From: a virus
Lineage: Duplodnaviria > Caudoviricetes
IMG/VR virus record: IMGVR_UViG_3300005805_000314
Span: 1 to 30,483 of that record
DNA: 30,483 bases
Direction: 5' to 3' (one strand)
The translations under genes were made by a program, and so were the position numbers. Positions 26,821 to 30,483 of the stretch are shown one piece after another (the stretch's first letter is position 1; each line of letters opens with the position of its first letter). The notes beneath the pieces are model-generated. The model searched no databases. It saw only the letters and a list, made by a program, of their open reading frames with translations, and had not been told where the DNA came from.

Positions 26821-29586
26821 TTATTCAATACTTGTATTCAGTCTTCTAAAGTTACAAGCTAGTTCGATATTTGAGATATTACATGGGGTGGGATATGCAG
26901 ATTGTATGTAGATTTTACAAGCTTCTGAATAAGATAGAATCTTAACTAGGTGTTCACCTACACTGTCAATCTTTAGTTGATCGTTTCTTGCTAACAAGCT
27001 ATTAATATCTGTTGGGTAGAATGTAACCTTTTCATCTATTCTACCTCTACGGTTTACGATAATGTCATAGGAACCTGAATTATAATGTCTAAAGGTTGCC
27101 TTTTTAATATTAAGAACACCTTCGTATACAGTTGATGGGTCATCAGAACTACGTTGAACTTGTTGAGATAACTCAATGTTCATAAGATAAGAGTGACCTA
27201 CATACACTGGGTAGGCTGTATAATTACCTGTAACTATGAATTGTGTTTTTTTAACCCCAGCATCAGTAATTGTATTGATATCGTCTGGATCAATTTTAAT
27301 AGCCGAATAAGCTTGTGTACCCCAGGCAGGACCTAAGATTACATAGTTGATTTCGGGATCATAATGTGGCAATAGGAAGGTTGTACTGTTGTTAGACGAA
27401 GAATAGGTTGCTGCTGTTATTGGCAGGGTAGTTAGCCAATCTAACATAGGTGTTGATGCTGAAACTGTTTCTAATGATGCATAGTACACAACCAGTTTGT
27501 TTACATTGGGTGTTCCTGAGTTACGTTTAGAAACTGTATATAGATCTTTTTCATAGGCTTTAATACTTAGGATGTTATCATTATTAGATAAAATCCACCT
27601 GTAGTAAGCATTCTGAATAACCTTTTCACCATTGGTTCTAAAGGTAAAGAAATATAGATTATTGGTATCATCTGCATCTACAAACATGATTGAATTGGTA
27701 GCAGAGTTTGTTGTGATTGCACCAAAGTTTGTGGGTAGATAACCCTTGCAGTGGGTACTCATGTCCATAGATGTTGAGAACTCATCATTAAATGCACTAC
27801 CGCTAAGGTACATATACAGCCTACCTGAGTCCATAAAGAAGATATTGTTACCCATCTTTTGTGGTTCTACTAGACGAGATGTACTATAGAACGACGTAGG
27901 ACGTAATTCGACATTGAAAGCCGAGATACCAGTATCAATAGAACCACCTCTGATTTCAAATTGTACTGAACCAGAGCTAGCTACAAACATGATTGTTTGG
28001 AATGGAACAATATAACTTAGTTTGTTATAAGCACCAATGGTTGATTGGATATCAATGGGATCTGTCTCTACGATATTCTGGACATCATCAATCCAGAAGT
28101 TATAGAAGCTGTTGGTTCTTGAAGCCAATAGGGTGCTGTCTGTGGCAAGCCATAGTCTATTCTTCCAGAAAGCAACTGATTGTATTTTTTCCTTGCGTTC
28201 TAGAGCCTTGGGGCCTGGGTTGCTAAGGGCAGTACCAGCTCGTCTAGGAAGCAGTGGCATTGGCTTTACACGCCATTTGCCGTCTGTGGCTGTGTCCTTG
28301 TAGATGATGATTGGAAATCGTCTGTGGTCAAATACGGAGTTTGCTTCTTCAGTTCTTACTCTTTCAAAGTATGGGTTTTTGCCATACCTTGTAGCTCTGT
28401 AGAATGATGAAGGGAATGTTAGGTATGGGTTTCTAGCATAGTATATTTTACCGAAACCGTAGTTTGTAGTTTCTCGTTCTACTTTGGGAAGCGGGGATGA
28501 CTGATGATAGTGATCCGTGGTAAAGTCAATGCTGCCACTCACAATAGGTATAATTCGTGGGTTATCATAGTAATGGTTAAGCATTCGTTGTGCTTTGAAA
28601 CCATTGGCATCATCGACATCCGCTTGTACTTCTGTAGCAGGATACTGAGGAATAACACTAAAGTCATTGAGGTTTTGACCTCTTTCTTCCTCTTCCATAG
28701 TTTCTGAATTAACAAAGAATCGAATATCATCTCTAACGTTTTTCCAATAAAGATCATCTACAAATGTAAGATCATCTTCGTATGCTGGATTTGGATTATC
28801 TGGTCCTACTGCAATTTTGTAACTTAGGGCATCCCCTGAGTGAATATAGACATTATTTGCTTGTGATGAAACCCACTCATTAGTTGGAACAAGCTCTTTA
28901 GTACTGTTATCTGGAAGATAATCTAGTGGTACTAACTTATTCCAAAGTAATAATCCCACATCTAAATCAATAGAACCAAAGGTATCTTTGATTGAGGTAG
29001 GCGGCAGTGTATAGGTTTTATTTGCAACTCTATAACTTGTAGTTATATTCCTATTACCAAATGTAAGGTATTCAAATATGCCACGATTAAATCCACTTGT
29101 GTTTCCTGTTACTCCAGCAGCAATATCTACATCCTCTGCAATCCACTCTGTAGGTTCAATTCTAAATACAGTAATAAAAGTTGCTAAATTAATTGTAATT
29201 AAAGGAACAGTTTGAGAGCTATAACTAAAGGTTTTTACAACATTAGGATCAAACTCATAGGCTGCTCTATTGATTACAATACAATAACGATTATATCCAT
29301 CAATATCTAGATAATGGAAATAAAGGTTATCTGTATTAAAATTGGTAACTTCATTAGTTACAAAGTTTGTTGGAGGATCTACATAGTTAATAGGTAGATA
29401 GGAACCTTGTGGTGTTCCATCCTTAGTATACAAAATCTGTGTCATTGGAGGACGCTTTTCGACAGACTTCTCAAGTGATACCAAGCAGTTGTCTAGATTC
29501 TCCGCTTCGCTGATTAAGCGTTTTGTTGGTGCTTGGCGGCCTACGCCACCACTCAGGGTATTAATCGGAAGTCTTGTAAAAGGCAT
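26821..29586 (-). CDS. Tail tubular protein B (nozzle, T7 gp12-like), 921 aa
   Basis: N-terminal INTLSGGVGRQAP...ENLDN...SVEKRPP, plus AFWKNRLWL, SRTNSFYNFW and DPIDI. These are hallmark gp12 motifs. Follows tail tube A. Confidence 0.9.
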   Translation of the reverse strand: MPFTRLPINTLSGGVGRQAPTKRLISEAENLDNCLVSLEKSVEKRPPMTQILYTKDGTPQGSYLPINYVDPPTNFVTNEVTNFNTDNLYFHYLDIDGYNRYCIVINRAAYEFDPNVVKTFSYSSQTVPLITINLATFITVFRIEPTEWIAEDVDIAAGVTGNTSGFNRGIFEYLTFGNRNITTSYRVANKTYTLPPTSIKDTFGSIDLDVGLLLWNKLVPLDYLPDNSTKELVPTNEWVSSQANNVYIHSGDALSYKIAVGPDNPNPAYEDDLTFVDDLYWKNVRDDIRFFVNSETMEEEERGQNLNDFSVIPQYPATEVQADVDDANGFKAQRMLNHYYDNPRIIPIVSGSIDFTTDHYHQSSPLPKVERETTNYGFGKIYYARNPYLTFPSSFYRATRYGKNPYFERVRTEEANSVFDHRRFPIIIYKDTATDGKWRVKPMPLLPRRAGTALSNPGPKALERKEKIQSVAFWKNRLWLATDSTLLASRTNSFYNFWIDDVQNIVETDPIDIQSTIGAYNKLSYIVPFQTIMFVASSGSVQFEIRGGSIDTGISAFNVELRPTSFYSTSRLVEPQKMGNNIFFMDSGRLYMYLSGSAFNDEFSTSMDMSTHCKGYLPTNFGAITTNSATNSIMFVDADDTNNLYFFTFRTNGEKVIQNAYYRWILSNNDNILSIKAYEKDLYTVSKRNSGTPNVNKLVVYYASLETVSASTPMLDWLTTLPITAATYSSSNNSTTFLLPHYDPEINYVILGPAWGTQAYSAIKIDPDDINTITDAGVKKTQFIVTGNYTAYPVYVGHSYLMNIELSQQVQRSSDDPSTVYEGVLNIKKATFRHYNSGSYDIIVNRRGRIDEKVTFYPTDINSLLARNDQLKIDSVGEHLVKILSYSEACKIYIQSAYPTPCNISNIELACNFRRLNTSIE

Positions 29587-30251
29587 TAGAACCTCGTTCT
29601 TGTAAAGTATGGATCATTACTTAGGATACCTCTACGGTCTACGGCTGCTCTTGTGCCGTTATCTCCCAATAGTATTGATCTGTTTTTCTTGAATATGTCC
29701 GCTGCGCGTCCACGGGCTATATGGTATTGTTCTCGTACAGCAAGTCGTTTATCTACATCCAAATCACCTTGAGTAATGACTTGGTATTCTCTTGCTGCTG
29801 ATTCCATGATACCGCGTTGCAAAGCCGAATCAATATCATCCCAACCATAGTAAGTAGAAGCGTTACCTAGGGTAACGATAACTTCAATATCCAACTCTCT
29901 ATCAAACACATCTGTCTGCTTTGTTATATTGAAAAGCACAGGTCCGCTATTTGTGGACTTTAATGTAGTTTGGATCACCTCCCCCGTCGTAGGATCAAAT
30001 AGGGGTTCTACGACCTGAGCATAACAAGCATTAGACGGTAAGACTATCTTACCACTAGAGTCTGGAGCGATGGTTGTAATGTATCTATTGTTTGCAATAC
30101 CTCTCATTACCATTGCCTTGATCGTTTGATTTAAAATGAATTGGGCAACACTGGTATCTACACCAGCATCAGCCGTTAAATCAGAAATCAAATGTTCTCC
30201 CGAGGACAACAGCATATGATTAATGGCATCAGTATAACTGTAAAGTCCCAT
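29586..30251 (-). CDS. Tail tubular protein A (adaptor, T7 gp11-like), 221 aa
   Basis: N-terminal DAINHMLLSSGE motif, G.I.LP motif, and IMESAAREYQ (AAR.F pattern). Size and position upstream of gp12 fit. Confidence 0.88.
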   Translation of the reverse strand: MGLYSYTDAINHMLLSSGEHLISDLTADAGVDTSVAQFILNQTIKAMVMRGIANNRYITTIAPDSSGKIVLPSNACYAQVVEPLFDPTTGEVIQTTLKSTNSGPVLFNITKQTDVFDRELDIEVIVTLGNASTYYGWDDIDSALQRGIMESAAREYQVITQGDLDVDKRLAVREQYHIARGRAADIFKKNRSILLGDNGTRAAVDRRGILSNDPYFTRTRF

Positions 30252-30418
30252 TACTTAGTTCCTTTCTTCCCGTAGGGAACCAGCTTGTTAAGAAATTCTT
30301 GGCGTTTCTGGCAACCACAACCTTCTGTTTTTTTGAAACCAAGTTTGTTAGCAACTTTAGCTACCGTATCGCCAAGACCTGTAGAACGTGAATTTGAAAT
30401 TGGATTAAATGGTTTCAT
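30251..30418 (-). CDS. Small basic phage protein with GLGD...CGC..R...LN motif, 55 aa
   Basis: Start moved to the ATG at 30418, behind SD AAGGAGAG. The ORF-track start at 30478 would run through a terminator hairpin. The stop overlaps the tail tube A start. Confidence 0.7.
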   Translation of the reverse strand: MKPFNPISNSRSTGLGDTVAKVANKLGFKKTEGCGCQKRQEFLNKLVPYGKKGTK

Positions 30419-30431
30419 AACTCTCCTTGCG

Positions 30432-30468
30432 AAAAAAATACCTAGGGGGCCTTTCGACCCCCTAGGTA
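30432..30468 (-). terminator. Rho-independent terminator (T-phi-like position, upstream of the tail genes)
   Basis: Minus strand reads TACCTAGGGGGTC-GAAA-GGCCCCCTAGGTA-TTTTTTT: a 13-bp stem (one G-U pair), GAAA tetraloop and 7 U. In T7-like phages the equivalent terminator lies after the major capsid gene, which would be just outside this window. Confidence 0.9.
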
Positions 30469-30483
30469 CAAATACCAAAATGT

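Noticed and set aside
166-28707. Short plus-strand ORFs in the track (e.g. 166-471, 399-608, 2740-2958, 6127-6402, 14951-15211, 22337-22708, 22735-23145, 27993-28226)
   Set aside because: They are antisense shadows of long minus-strand genes, with no recognisable motifs, and several have non-ATG starts.
26580-28757. Minus-strand alternative-frame ORFs 26580-26828 and 28539-28757
   Set aside because: They are nested in the tail fiber and tail tube B genes and have no recognisable protein features.
1-30483. Repeated T7-style 23-bp phage promoters, tRNAs, CRISPR arrays, introns or inteins
   Set aside because: None were detected by eye, and intergenic gaps are mostly under 15 nt. A motif search (e.g. 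MEME or PHIRE) over the whole genome is needed to exclude promoters.

Overview
This window is the late (virion morphogenesis, lysis, packaging) region of an AT-rich podovirus with T7/Autographiviridae-like structural genes. All credible genes are on the minus strand and tightly packed. In transcription order: a strong GAAA-loop terminator, a small CGC-motif protein, tail tubular proteins A and B (gp11/gp12-like), a tail fiber with a gp17-like N-terminus, a membrane/lysis cluster (holin-like gene plus overlapping spanin-like pair), small and large terminase, and then a displaced block of four putative ejection proteins (226, 1401, 1197 and 4089 aa). The main finding is the 4089-aa protein. It carries single-subunit (T7/N4-type) RNA polymerase motifs, an apparently inactivated DEDD 3'-5' exonuclease fold, an HExxH zincin-like motif and a hydrophobic C-terminal region. 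This points to a virion-packaged, injected polyvalent RNA polymerase in a T7-type virion. The 1197-aa protein ends in a WYL-like domain. The only two cysteines I could find in the ~6900-aa block sit either side of the junction between the last two genes. The leftmost ~365 bp are GC-rich and hairpin-rich and may be the genome end or early-region boundary. All assignments come from reading motifs by eye; no database searches were run.
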